Shown: piece by piece, positions 18,301-39,450 of the stretch
Layout: every line of letters begins with the position of its first letter
How positions within the stretch are numbered: the stretch's first letter is position 1
NCBI RefSeq assembly: GCF_009914755.1
Contig: NC_060940.1
DNA length: 64,000 nt
Direction: 5' to 3' (one strand)
DNA from: the human T2T-CHM13v2.0 reference genome, Homo sapiens
Notes under the pieces: generated by a model
Databases searched by the model: none
Told to the model about the DNA's origin: nothing
Seen by the model: the letters and a program-made list of their open reading frames with translations, nothing else
Translations under genes and position numbers: made by a program

Positions 18301-19272
18301 ATAAACGGTTTTTTTAGAAAAACTTTAGTTTCAGAGAAAAACTGAGCAAAAGATACCCAGACTTCCTGTGTACCTTCTTCCCATCCCTGTATAGCCTCTC
18401 CCATTATCAGCATCCCCCACCATCTGTTGCAATTGATGAACTCACACTGATATATTATGATCTCCCAGAGCCTGGGGTTTTGTTCAAAAACATTTTCCAG
18501 TATTAAGGAGCATCTTGTTTCTACAGCAGGAGAGGGAAATAAACTGTCTAGACACAGGCCAGACTAGCCTGGCCTTTTCCAACCTTAGCCATTACTTAAA
18601 GTCTGAATAGAATCCCCCAGAGAACTTGTAAGCGGAGACTCCTAGGGTCGTCCAGGCTGGGAAGGAGCAAACATACTTATTATAAAAATAGTATGTAACT
18701 TTTTTAAACTTTGCGGAAAATAAGAAAATAAAAGTCACCTATGATCTCACAACCAGAAAAGACTCTATTAACATGTCAGGTGCATTTCTTTTACAATGCT
18801 TTTTCTATGAGTAAAATAATGACAATAGCATCTACTGAGCTTATTCTGAATGCAGGGCCCTGTTTTAAGTGTTTATGTGCTTGGTCCCAATCCTCACTGC
18901 CATCCTTCCAGGCAGGGACTATTATTATCTCAGTTAACAGGTGAAAATATAGAGGCAAAGAGAGATGAAACTATAAAAGGATGGATAGATGTAAATATGT
19001 ATGAATGGAAATGGAAGCCAGGATGGTAGATAAGAGTATGGTCTTTGGAAGAAGACCGCTTCCTATTTTTCTCTAATTTTACATATTCCTTATATGGTAA
19101 TATTGACACAAGTTGTAAAATGCATGTGTTTTAAAATTCAAAAGGTACAGAATGTCATACTGTGAAAAGTCCCCTTCCCTCTCCTGAGCCCAGCTAATCA
19201 GAGGCAACCACATTTAGCAATTTCTTTGTATCTTTCCAGAGTTGTTTTATGCAGACAAATATAGCTTTGGAG

Positions 19273-19274
<2 letters not shown>

Positions 19275-19322
<48 letters not shown>
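19275..19322. repeat. (GT)24 microsatellite
   Basis: Directly visible perfect repeat. Confidence 0.97.
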
Positions 19323-19324
<2 letters not shown>

Positions 19325-19855
19325 CTGTCTGTGCATGCATTTCTCTCCACACAGGTGACAGTATAGTCTATGCTTTGCTTTGTTATAACAAAACATCTCA
19401 CAGGTCATTACGTGTCAGTCAAGAGTGGTTTCTAATTTTATGAGTTGCATGGTGTTGAGAGGATATTTAATGAGTTCCACCTCCATTTGGGTCATTGTGA
19501 GAAGTAAATAAAATAATGCAGGTAAAACACCTACCCGGAGCCTGTTAGATAGTAAGTACTCACATGTAAGATATGATTATTACAATTTTCACCATCCTAC
19601 ATGTAGAGTTTTCCATTTTGTGCTTTATGACTAAAATTATGTCATTCCATTGGATATCACTTGAAAAAGTAAAAATAAACCTCTGTTCTTACCTTGTACC
19701 ATATAGAAAAATTAACCGTAAATGGATGCCAGATCTAAATGTAAAAGCAAAAGCTATAGAGCTAAAAGAAAAATAGGAGAAAATCTGTGTGACCTTGAGT
19801 TAGCAAGGATTTCTTAGCTAGGACACAAAGAGCACAATTCATTAAAAAAAAAAAA

Positions 19856-20396
19856 GTGGTAACCCCCAAGTGATCGCTCATCCTGGTATTCATCCCCTCT
19901 TTGTGAATGTGTGGTTGAGTTCTGTAACTTGATTCTATGAGTAGAATGCAGCAAAGTTGATGGGATTTCATTTCTGTGATTATGTTACATGGGCTTGTAA
20001 TTGTCATCTTGCTAGTGGTCTCTGTCTATTTGCCTTCTTAGCTTGTTCACTTCATGTTGGACAGGCCAACATGGCTAGAAACTGAGTCTGGCCAGCAAGG
20101 AACTGAGACCCTCTGTAAGCAGCTCTGGAGGAACTTAATTCAGCAACAACATGAGTGACTTGGAATTCAAAAGGTACAGAAAATTCCAAAGGTACAGAAA
20201 GCTCCTTCCCCAGTTGAGCTTTCAAATAAGACACTGGTCCCAGCTGACAACTTGATTGCAGCCTCATAAAAGATGGAAAAGCAGAGGACCCAGACAAGAT
20301 GCTCCTGACCCACAGAAACAGTGAGATAATTAATGTGCATTGTTTCAAGTGACAAAGTTTATGGTGATTTGACCCACAGCAACAGGTAACTAACAC
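19856..20396 (+). mobile_element. MLT1 (E/F-like) MaLR LTR
   Basis: Motifs ccccagttgagctttca...cctgacccacagaaacagtgagataattaatgtgcattgtttcaag...agcaacaggtaactaacaca. Confidence 0.7.
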
Positions 20397-21023
20397 AACT
20401 GGTATGATTCTGGAGAGTGGTTTGGTCCAGTGAGTCAAGGACCTAAACAAACAAATACCCTTTGATTCTGCAATTCCACTTTGGGAATTTATCCTAAGGG
20501 AAAAAAAAAGAGGCAATTGCACCCAAAAGTACATACAAAGATATCAATCACAAAATTCCCCCATCAAAGAAAATGCTGTAACATTTATTGTGGGCCAACT
20601 ATGTGCCAGGAACTCTGTATTCTTGGCTTCACTTGAACCTCACAACAGTCCTATTCTTATAAGATCACCCCCATTTTACATACCAGAAAATGAAGTCTCC
20701 AAGAGGTAAAGAACTCACCCATGACTAATCAGACATGCTTATTAAATTCTAAGTACAATCTCTGGCACAAGGCAAATGCTCAATAAATCATACAGTGTTA
20801 GGAAGAATTCAGCTTCAAGTTGTAGAAACCTAACCCATAATGTCTTAAGCCAAAAAAGCTCATGGAACTGGATAGTTTAGCAGTGCAGAAGTGCAGCTGG
20901 CTCCAGGCATGGCTGTATCCAGGAGCTGGAAGATCATCAGGGCTCTATCTTTACCAATCTATTAGCTCTGCTTGCTTCTGTTTCTCAGGCTCTTACCACA
21001 TGACAGGCAAAGGCCCAGACTTA

Positions 21024-21275
<252 letters not shown>

Positions 21276-21361
21276 CTATGGGCTGTGGTTTGATAACTCT
21301 TGTTCTACATGAACACTTCAGGGACTGTTGTTTAAGGAGAGCAGAAGACAGGAAGACGTGA

Positions 21362-21714
<353 letters not shown>

Positions 21715-23767
21715 TTAATCCTTAAAACAACTCTGTCAGCTGGGCACTCTTACCCTCATTTCACAGATGAAGGAAACTGAGGCTCCCATTGCTAATAACT
21801 TGTCCGAAGTCATGTAGCTCATTAGGGAAAGGGGCAGAACTTGAAACCAAGACTCCAGAGCCCAGGTTTTGTGCCCACATCACGCTGCCTCCCCTGGATA
21901 TCCCGTTACAGGTCCTTCAGCCCCCGTGTGCCCCCAGGCATCCTGGCCTCCCACATCCAACTCCCCCAGGCTCCCTCCCTCCCAGCCCACGCCAGCTCTC
22001 TCGCCTTCTTCTCCACAGAGCTCAGCAGCGTTGCTCTGTCTGCACACATTTTCCCAGATGAGAAAGAAAAAGTCGAAAATTTTGTTTTCGTACAAGCTGC
22101 CCTTTTTGCCTGTGGCTAAAATTCCCCTCAAAGAACAGGAATAACAACCAAAGTCATACAAAAGGGAAGCTGGCAACTTGGCCCTCCTTCAGGAATAGTC
22201 CTTAAGCTTGCACCATGGCCAGCCGCTGCCTGGGGGCTGGAGAGATGAGGAGGAAGAAAACCAAGCCTCCTCGGAGAGCTGATAGAAACAAGCACAGGTC
22301 CCCCATAGAACAGAGTCCGCTTAATTCAGCCTGCTCAGGCAATGGACAAAACTGTCCAAAGGATGGAGAGCTTGAAGGATGTGTAGAAATTCATCAGTGG
22401 GCAAGTCAGAAGGCAGAGCATTTCAGGTGCAAAGATCCAGAGGGAGGGCATGGTCTCTGGAAAGCAACCAACAGCCCAGTGTGGCAGTCACACCAGGAGT
22501 GACCAGGGGCTCTGTGGGGGGCATCTGAGCATTGGAGCTGCCCAGCACCTTTTCTTCCTTCTTCAGGTAATGGTACCCCAATTTTCCTTAAGGGAACCAT
22601 CCCTTCCCACTGCACAGTTTTAGCGGGACTGCCAATCAAGTTGACCCACTCACCTACAGCCAACGTAGACCGGATGCTTTCTCTCTGGAATTTGCATCAT
22701 AAACAGAAAATCTAATGATGGAAAGTATTTGGGGCATAAGGTTTAATCATTTCTGAGACAATGCCTTGAAGAAGGTCTCTGCTTTTGTCCTAAATTTCCT
22801 GAGGCTTTCTGGACCCTTTCTTTTTCAAGGCTTCGGTTTTCCAGCTTTTCTTTCCATTTGATGTCAGATACGCATCATTACATTTTTTAGCACATATTAG
22901 CCATCGCTGGTTTCAGGGGCTTCCAATCAGGCCATGTAAACAGACACAGAAATACATCTAGCCAGGTGTGAGGACTCAGTCACATGGCCATGGGGAGAGA
23001 CAGAATGGATTAGACACTATAAGGAGTGAGTTTGGGATCAGAAATGCCAGGTAGGTGGCGACTGAAGACATACACATGAGCAACTAGGTGGCCCGAACTG
23101 TGACAATGACCTTTGGGATACAGAGAAGGGCTCATGGCCCAACCCAAAGAGTAGGTGCATGTATCACTCATTCAATCACAAGCATTTCTTAAGCACCTAA
23201 AGTGTGGCCAATATTTGCCCATCTTTGTGGCCACCTGCCTGTTTCTTTGTCATCTGCCACTTGTCTCCTGGATCAGCTACCTATTGCTGCATAATACGTT
23301 ACCCCAAAACTTACTGGCATAAAATCATAATGATAAGGAAGGTCCATTGTCTTCTGTGGGTCAAGAATTCAAGACAGTCTTGGGTGGTCTCATGAGGTTG
23401 CAGTCAAGATGTCAGCCAGAGCTGCCATCACTTGAAGGCTTGACTGAGGCTGGAGGATTTGCTGCCAAGGTGGCTCCTTCATAGGGCTGGCAAGTTTCTG
23501 ATTGCTGCCAAGAAGTGGTGAGGAGAACACCACCTCCAGGAAATGGCCTGGAGCATGACCAGCCATGTGGAGAGAGAGACCAGGAGCCATCGATATAACA
23601 GACACATGAGTGAAGAATCCAGCCCGGAAGTGGATCCTGCAGCCCCAGCTATTCTGGCCTATACCGTGTGCATCAGAGAGAAACAGCCCAGCCAAACCCT
23701 TCCTAAATTCCTGCCCCACAGATCTAGAAGCAAAATAAAACAGTTGCATTAAGACAGTACATTTTAG

Positions 23768-24099
<332 letters not shown>

Positions 24100-24350
24100 T
24101 AGAGTAGTTTTTTACTCAACGTTAGATAATGGAAACATACATTTGATTCCCTATTACCATGTTTTGCATCTACCTACAGGGTCTATAAGCTTGACTTCTT
24201 CTAATAGACTTTCTTGAGGGGACGGGAGGTACTGGATTACTCTGTCTACACTAGCAGAAAGCTGGTAGTGCCTGGGGGTTCACATCCTCCCATGGTGCCC
24301 CTTAGCCAATCACCGACTAGAGTAGGAGTATGAAAGCCCAGTTTCCTTGC

Positions 24351-25496
<1,146 letters not shown>

Positions 25497-27126
25497 CTTG
25501 CTTCAAGGCAGGACAAATGCTAAAATGTAATTTATGCTCCAGAAACCCACAGAATCAGACTGAGGATGGAATCTCACTTGAACTTGCCCTTCCCCTTCCC
25601 TAGTCTGCTTTCCTCACTCCACTTCCAGTTTCTCCTGGGAGCCCTTCCTCAATAAATCATTTGCATATCAATTCCCATTTTCAGTCAGTTCTGGGGCAAT
25701 CTGACTTAAGACAGGTAATAAGGGGCAGGGCTAAGATTTGCACCGAGACTATCTAACCTCAGAAAGTTAGAAGACTCATGTCATTTATTTCAGAATCAGA
25801 CCTACCTGGGCCAGCCCCCTAGGAGCTGAATGACCGTTAGGTAAGTGGCTTAGCATCTCTGAGCCTCAGTTTCCTGATCTACAAAATGGGGCCAGTCTTG
25901 CTATCTCCCCCTCAGGGCAGCCAGGATAATTAGAGATGGTGCATGTAAGGATGCAGCGGGAGTCCAGGCCTTGGACACTGTGTTCTGCATCACTGGGTGG
26001 GTATGGGGCAGATACATCTAGCCGGGTGTGAGCACTCAGGTGATGCAATCTCATCCCCAGGCAGTGCTCTGGAAGATGTGGACCCTCCATGAGCCCTCAA
26101 TGTCCTGTATTGATTAGATTTGGTTTGCGTAGTGTTCCCAAGATGAAAGGAACTAATGGTGAGCCATCTTATCAAAGCATATCTGTTAGATCTGAAGGCT
26201 TGTGGTGTATCATCAGCTGAAAAAGAGAAAAATGCGAGGGGGAAGGGAAAAATCACAAAGGCCAGGAACACAATGAAAAGGGCAGTCTGTGTTCTAAATC
26301 TCTAACAGCAGCCCCACTCTTGTTCTCAGGGGATGGTGCTGATAGGGAAGGCATTTCAGGTAGGGAGGCATTGACTAAGCCTGTCCCATTTCACTCATGA
26401 GGAAACTGACCCTCAGAGAGGTTGCCCAAGGTCTCACAGATGGGGTTGAATCCAGGTCTGCTCAAATGCAGAGGCCAGATTCTCAACCCCAGCCTCCCTT
26501 AAACTGGCTAAGGTCTCTCCTGACCTGATTCCATTCTTCCCTTCACCCTCCAGCCTAGTCCCTATCCAGCAAGTCCAGCATTTCAAACCACAACATGTTC
26601 TTGGAGGTTTTTACTCAATGCAGCTATGACACCCAGAGGAGTCTCAGAAACAAACAAGAAAGCCTGTCTATGAGCAGAACCACAGTCACCCACCCCTTCA
26701 TGATCATGGATTCACAGTCATCTATCATGGCCCCATGTCACTAAATGTCAAGACCATGCCTGCACACCTGCACTGGAGATTTCAAGATGCCACTAAGAAA
26801 TAGGAACTAACACTCAGCACAAAATGTTCTCTGGAGCTAGTTTGGACATTCTCAGTAAAGAAGAGACCTAGTGGGATAATCTGAGATGCCTCAGTGCTTT
26901 ATAATTATATGAGTCATTTCCACCCAGATAGGACTGGATAGAGTTTAGAATGTTACTTGCACTGTGTGCTACTATACCCCTGAAAGAGGGGTGGAACTTG
27001 CTGGAGCAAATTAACTGTGGCATTTTTGCTCCATGTGGGGTCAACCCAGCCTAATACTGTGGCAAGAACAGAGATGAAATAGCTAAAATGGAATCAACCC
27101 AATGTCCATCTCAGTGGTTTGAATAA

Positions 27127-27504
<378 letters not shown>

Positions 27505-28011
27505 TAGCTGGGATTACAGGCGTGCACCATCACACCCAGCTAATTTTTGTATTTTTAGTATAGACAGGGTTTCACCATGTTGGCCAGGATGGTCTCGATC
27601 TCCTGACCTCATGGTCTGCTCCCCTCGGCCTCCCAAAGTGCTGGGATTATAGGTATGAGCCACCACGTCCACCCAATTCATCTTATAATATTGAGTAAAC
27701 AAGAAATCAAACACAAAAGAATACAACACAGTGTGATTCTATTTAAGGTTCAAAGCAAGCAAAGCTAAACTATATTGTGAGGGTGCATGCTTAGGCAGTA
27801 AAACTATAAAAACAAGCAAACTACTGAGAACCACGGAAGAAAGGATGGTGAGTATTTCTAAGGGAGTGAAGGGGAAATAAACAGAAGTTTCTGGGGTTCT
27901 GGCAATATCTATAACTTGAACTTGTTGGTAATTACATGGGTGTTTCCTTTATAACTATTTGTTATACTTTATATACTGTATATGTTGCATAGATGTGTTA
28001 TATGAATGCTA

Positions 28012-29640
<1,629 letters not shown>

Positions 29641-29905
29641 TTATTATTATTTTTAAGTTTTAAGAAATAAAGAGAAGGCAAAGGAAGAAAAGAAAAGGAA
29701 AAGGGATCTTGGGCACATAACTTACTCTCAGCACCTCGTCTATAAAATAGGAACAAGAATATCTTACTCACAGAGTTGTGAGGACAAAAAGTGAGAAAAT
29801 ATGCTAGCTGTCCAGTGTATCTTCCATTCATCTGGAAGTTACTGACCAGGACATGAGTTCATATCCCAGAGCCACTGCCCCCTTACTAGCTAGAAAAAAA
29901 CCAAC

Positions 29906-32735
<2,830 letters not shown>

Positions 32736-33735
32736 AAGCTTTTTTGTTTATTTTGCTTTATTCCTTTTTACAGCTGAATAATAATCCCTTGTATGCATAC
32801 ACCACATTCTGCCTAGCTTGAGAAAACATATAATTGTGAGGGTTTTTTTATTTTACATAATTGATCTTATACAGTATGAATGGCACTGTAACTTATTTTG
32901 TTTTTTGTTTTTTGTTTTTCATCTACCAATGTGACGTGGTGAAGTGAGTAAAACTGGTGGGTTCTTTAAAATATAACAGACACTGTCAGATTATCTCAAG
33001 AAATGGAAGGGAGTTATTGTCTGGAACTCTCCACGGGTGATATGCCACTCATTCTCACAACACGCCAAGAAAGGTATTATCAGTATTTGAGCCACTAGGA
33101 AATTAAGTTTCAAAGAAGTAAAGCAATTGCCCAAGTACCAAGGATATGAAAAGCTCTTCAAAATTAGGTAGTGAATGGATGAATATAATTAATCAGTGGC
33201 CGAGCTGGGGATTTGAACTCAGCTCTGTGCTCTTGAAGGTCAACCTCCTGCCTCTGCACACAGAACCAGGAACCAGAGCGCGGACTGCTGTGCATTCAAA
33301 GCAGCTGCCGTGATATGCTGATGGGAGGCGGGGGCAGAATTATCATCACCCACTTTCAGCAGTCCTGGGGGACAAGCTCTCTCTCCAGGAGGACAAAATT
33401 TTCTAGGGCTGACTGGGAAAACACATCAAGCATTTGGTAAATGCACGACCTTTGGAGAAAGGGCTGTTCTGAATAACCCAGCTAATAATAATCACCCGAC
33501 AGCAATTTCCTGCAAGCTGGTTTCTTAATACACATCTGGCAGTTCATCCGCCTTCCCTCTGCTGCAGACATGGTTTGTCATTAGTCCAGGTGGTGGGAGT
33601 GATGGACACTCCAGCGTGTGTGAGCATGCACCTTAACCCTTGCTTCGCCAAGTCTGGGGGAGACTCTCAAAGCAAAAGACCTGCCTGGAACACTAGGGAG
33701 GGCATTTAACCCTAAGGCTCCACCCAGCAGACTCA

Positions 33736-34070
<335 letters not shown>

Positions 34071-35618
34071 CGTGAGTCTGCATCTCACTGGCTAGGTAAC
34101 ACTGAGCAAGGCACTTCACCTCTCTGAGCTTCGGAATGGGTGTGAGAATGAAACAAAACCACAAGATGAAGGGGCCAGCAGTGTGCCTTGTTTATAACTG
34201 AGGCTCCGGAACTGAGGGCCCCCTCCCACACTCCCCCAGCTACCATCTCTTTGCAGCCCTGCCAAGAAGGGCTGGCTTTCTTTCCCCTTACCTGGTGACC
34301 TATTACTGTGTTGCAAACCACCTCAAAATTTGTGGCAGAAATGATAACCCTTTTGGGGCCATCTGGGCTGCTATAACAGAATACCATACATGGGGTGGCT
34401 GATAAACACATTCATTTCTCATGGTTCTAGGGGCTGGAAAGTCCAAAATCAAGGCACTGGCAGATTCTGTGTCCAATTCTTGGTCATAGATGGCTGTCTT
34501 TTTGCCGTGTCCTCACATGACAGAAGGAGTGAGGCAGCTCTTTGGGGCCTCTTTTGTAGGGGCACTAATCCCCTATAAAAGATTATAGGTTTGACAAGAG
34601 GAGGAATGTGATCTTTTGATTTTTAAGGGTCATTCCCCCGGTTTAAATTTGAAGACAAAACTCCCAAGGGTGTGAACAATGCCTTCCTAGTGCCCTCCCC
34701 ACCACTCAACATCCTCTGGGGATAACTAAGAGAACCCTCAGCGAACTAGAGAGAAAACTATGAATAGAATCTGGTCCCAAGACACCCAACTGGCTCTCTG
34801 TGTACTGTCCTGGGGGATTTCAGGAAACATAATCTGTTTCTTAAAAAAAAAAAAAAAAAAAAAATTCTTCTTTGTGTCGCTTAGTCACCCTATCAACTCT
34901 CCACGTTTTATCATCAGTAACCATGAAATTGATGTTGATTTAATTCTATTTTGAAAAGAGAAAAAAAAGTAATTTAGACAAAGGTTGCCAGCTGAGGCCA
35001 TGTGTGTGCGTGTGTGTATATGTGAACACACAGGGATATAGATTTTACATATGTGGACTTTACATATGTTCCTGTGTGTATATTTGTATGTTCACTGACA
35101 TGTCTGAGAGTGAGCACCACTGTGTGTGTCTGGGCATGTCTGTGAACACGTCAGTGTGGTGTATATCCCTGGCAGCTCCCCATCTCACGCACAGTAAAAT
35201 CCAAAGTTCTTACAATGTCACAAAAGTTCTAACCCTGGCTACCTATGTATCCTCGTTTCCTGCGGCCCATCCCCTGGCTTACTCCATTGTGGCCAGGCTG
35301 ACTTCCATGATGTCACTGAATATATAGGTTGAGAAAAGGGCCAATATTATTGACTGTACTTTTTCTAAAAATGCAGTGACTCAGGCAAGAGACGTGAGAA
35401 TCTGTGGTCTATCCTGCTCATCCTCTTCAGGGGATTCTTCTGAGGGCTGCGCTCAGTCACCGACTCAGAGGCTTTCTGAAACTCTGCAGGCAAGAAAAAA
35501 CGAGCAAACATGGAGTCTTATGTTTGCCACTCTGTCTCACCCCCTTGGTGTTGGAAACTTGATGAGCATACGAATTAACGAAATCACTACCACCTAATGA
35601 AATCACTACCACCTATTA

Positions 35619-35930
<312 letters not shown>

Positions 35931-35972
35931 GTACTAAGAGCATGGATGACGGTAGCACCCGTGATAATAAAT

Positions 35973-36070
35973 ACAGTAGCATGCTGGTTAAATAGCACAG
36001 GCTCTGATCCCACACCCCGGGTTCGAATCCAGGCTTTACCACTTAGTAGCTGGGAGAGTTATTTAACTCC
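35973..36070 (+). mobile_element. MIR 5' (tRNA-derived) portion with intact B-box
   Basis: ACAGTAGCATGCTGGTTAAATAGCACAGGCTCTG...GGGTTCGAATCCAGGCTTTACCACTTAGTAGCTG aligns with the MIR head. Confidence 0.8.
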
Positions 36071-36099
36071 TATTTAAGTCTTTTAGAGGAATGAGTTTA

Positions 36100-36850
36100 G
36101 CCACCCATATGCGGAGATGACCCCACCTAGGCGGGTCCCCCCAGCAAACACGCCTCGCCCGCGACCAGAGCGAAGGCTACAGGTGCCCGCCGGCAACCCT
36201 CGGACGCATGCGCGGCCCGGGCAGGTAGGTGGAGCCACGGTGTGGGGCAGTCGGATGGTCGCACGCGGGGGCGGGGCCGCGCCTGCGCAGACCGCCTGTT
36301 ATGGCGGCCGCCTAAGTCCCACAGAGACGGGAGTCGGGTGGGATCCCAGGCTGGGCCCCGCGGCGGGTAAGTGCCTGGGAGAGGCGGCGGGATAGGGTAG
36401 GGTGCAGGGAACCTCCTGGCGCCGAGCCTGACTTTGAAATCCGAGCTCCCACAGATCGGAGGCCCAGATCCCTAAGGCCCGACCCCACTCTTAGCGTCAG
36501 TTTCCCCTTCTCAACACGGGTGTTGGGGAAAGAAGTCCACGTCCTCACCTGGGTTTCCATCCTGGGTCCAGGCACCTCTCCTTCGGTTCTAGATTAGGAA
36601 GGGAGGGCAGTGCCCGACCTGTGACTGTTTTTTGAGAGGGCAATAGTTAACCCACAAGGGTGGCGTCAGGAAGGCGACAAGACAAAGAGAACGAGTAGCC
36701 CCACGGGGGACGTCCCCGGAGCCCCTCACTACCACTCTACGCACCGTGGCCAGGCCACGTCTTTCCTGCTCCCATCCTGGGCCTTCACACCCTGCCCTCC
36801 CCAGCTCCTGGCCTAAATCGTCATGGGATCGCGCCAAATTCTTGATTGTT
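36100..36850 (+). promoter_or_regulatory. METTL22 CpG-island promoter
   Basis: CpG-rich; NRF1-like CGCATGCGC (36205-36213) and GCGCCTGCGCA (36279-36289); GC box GGGGGCGGGGC (36267-36277); YY1-like ATGGCGGC (36301). No TATA box seen. Confidence 0.85.
36295..36366 (+). other. METTL22: METTL22 non-coding exon 1 (5' end approximate)
   Basis: Consensus donor CGG|GTAAGT at 36366/36367 inside the CpG island. Confidence 0.75.
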
Positions 36851-37622
36851 GAGTGAGTTGCAGTTATCAGAAAGAAAGATGAGGAGGGAAGTTATTTCAA
36901 CACCGTGATCCCAGCACACTGCTTATTTGGGACAACTGACTGGGGACCTATAGGAGAAGAAAGCTGGTAGCGTCTCAGTCTAGCCCCCACAGCCTTAGAA
37001 GAGCCAAGAACACGTTAGCTCCTGCTGCAGGGGTGAGCCTGCAGCCCTATGGAGAGGTGGTGGGGCAGGTCCCCATCTGCAACCTGGGTCTCCTTTCTCA
37101 GCTCTGCCCAGTAAAGAGAGGAGCCCGAAGCCCATACAGACCCTGCATTTCCGGAAAGAGACTTTTCCTGACTAGAGAAACTGTTACCTTTTTTCTTTCT
37201 TCCCAGCATTCACTTTAATCATTATTATATTGCTATAATGATAGTATTTACTATTGTTGCTTATTGAACGTTTACTATATGTCGTAAGCCCGAAAAGTGG
37301 TAATTGTCTCATATACTCCTCTGAGTATATGAGGGCCTGAGACAGGTTCAAGAGGGCTTCCTTATTCCCAGATAGCTGATTCTAGGGAAAGCCACTTAAA
37401 GGGAATCTCCTTCATCTGGAACTTACATTGCAGCGTACATTTCTTGGGAAGCCTGGTTGGGTTGAATTTAAAAATGGAAAATTCAACTAGAGATTAAGAA
37501 TTTGAGTTTTTTTGTGTGTGTCTATACTTAAAATTTGGTGTGTAATATTATGCTCACTTTTGGAAAAAGCAAAGAACATTGATTTTTCTGGGATGTAAGT
37601 TTTCCAACAAAATTGCGCTATA

Positions 37623-39450
37623 GGCCATGCCTGGTGGCTCACACCTATAATCCCAGCACTTTGGGAGGCCAAGGTAGATGGATCTACCTTGGTCAGGAGT
37701 TCAAGACTAGCCTGGCCAACATGGCAAAACCCCATCTTTACTAAAAATACAAAAATTAGGTGGACATTGTGGTGCATGCCTGTAGTCCCAGTTACTCGGG
37801 ACTCTGAGGTAGGATCACTTGAGCCCAGGAGGCGGAGGTTGTAGTGAGCCGAGATGGCACCACTGCACTCTAGCCTGGGCAACAGAGTGAGACTCTGTCT
37901 CAGAAAAAAAAAAAAAAATGCGCTATGGCAAAAAAAGAAATGGCATCCTTTGGTTCACTTTTGATTTTTACAGCAATATTAGAGAGGATCTTCCCCACCC
38001 CCTTCAAAAAAAACTGTATGTGAAAGTCCTCAGTTTTCCCCCAGGACATCTCTAAGTCCTGAGAGAGCTTGATCTGCCTTTGAAATGAGTGGTAGGTATA
38101 AGCTGTATTTTCTCTTCTGGAATCTGGTGTGGTTTTGCCAGTCCGATTGATTGAGTGTTGGCCTTCAGGTCCAGCATTTCTCCATCACTTTCAATGACAC
38201 CATGAAATTCTGCATTGATTTGCCAGATTCACAGACTTTCTTTACAACCCACTTGCATTTTGATGGCTTTATGGTGTTGAGTAGGAAAGCTAGCATGGAG
38301 ATGAATAAGGAATCATCTTTTTCTTAAAAATTTTTTTGTTGGGACAGCTTTTGCTGCCCCACAGCAACCACTTAAATGTAGGAACTCCAGCAGTGTACTG
38401 GGATCATTAGGACAGCCTGAGTCATGATGACCTCATTTTGCAGTTGAAGAAGTGGGGGCCCTGAAGATTTCATGACATCTACCCAGGTAGGAACAGCTCC
38501 TATAGGCAGTCAGGGGTTACAGGCAGGTTTGGGTCAAATACCTGAAACCAACCCCAGGACAAGGAGGTTGCTGGTGTTTTATTAACACCTACTGTGAGCC
38601 AAGGACTCTGCTCAGCAGTTTACCCACCCAGTAACACTGCATGAGATTGTGGCTGAAGAAACAGATGCAGAGAGGCGAAGTGATTTTCCTGAAATCACAT
38701 GGCTAGAAGGTGAGAAACCAGGGATCCCCACCTGGTCTGTCCAGCTTCAAAGCCCATCAGACTACTGCTGTTTGATGATGCTTTTTGATTAGGTGAAACG
38801 GTTGGAGGGAGGTCCCACCTGTTCTTGACCACTTTGCCTCAGCCATGGTTTTCCAAGTTTTAGTTATTAATGTGTCACCTGCATAATTTTGCCATATCTG
38901 TGTATCACCAGTGTAGTGACTCCCTTACTACTTTTCCTTTAAATCCACTCACTCTTTTTTTTTTTTTTAATTTCTTTTTGAGACAGGGTCTTGCTCTGCC
39001 ACCCAGCCTGGAGTGCAGAGTGCAGTGACGCATTCTCAGCTCACTGCAACCCCTGCCTTTTGGTGTCAAGCGATCCTCCCACCTCAGCCTCCCAAGTAGC
39101 TGGGACTACCAGCGCGCGCCACGACACCCGCCTAATTCCACTCATCTTTTTAAATTCAGTAGCAGAGCTTTAAGCCAGGCATGATGGCTCACGCCTGTAA
39201 TCCCAGCACTTTAGGAAGCTGATATGGGAGGATGGCTTGAGCCCAAGAATTTGAGACCAGCCTGGGAAACATAGTGAGACCCTTGTCTCTACAAAAAAAA
39301 AAAATTTAATGCCAAGTATGGTGGCATAGCTGTAGTCCTAACTATGAAGGAGGTTGAGGCAGGAGGATCGCGTGAAGTTTGAGGCTGCAGTGAGCCATGA
39401 TTGTACCACTGCACTCCAGCCTGGGCAACAGAGCAAGCCCCTGTCTGTAA
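37623..39450. mobile_element. METTL22 intron 1 Alus (37623-37918 +, ~38955-39136 -, ~39173-39450 +)
   Basis: Alu consensus motifs. Confidence 0.88.

Noticed and set aside
35973-36070. tRNA gene (GGTTCGAATCC)
   Set aside because: The surrounding sequence follows the MIR consensus and no cloverleaf/acceptor stem is evident; kept only as a MIR with Pol III boxes.
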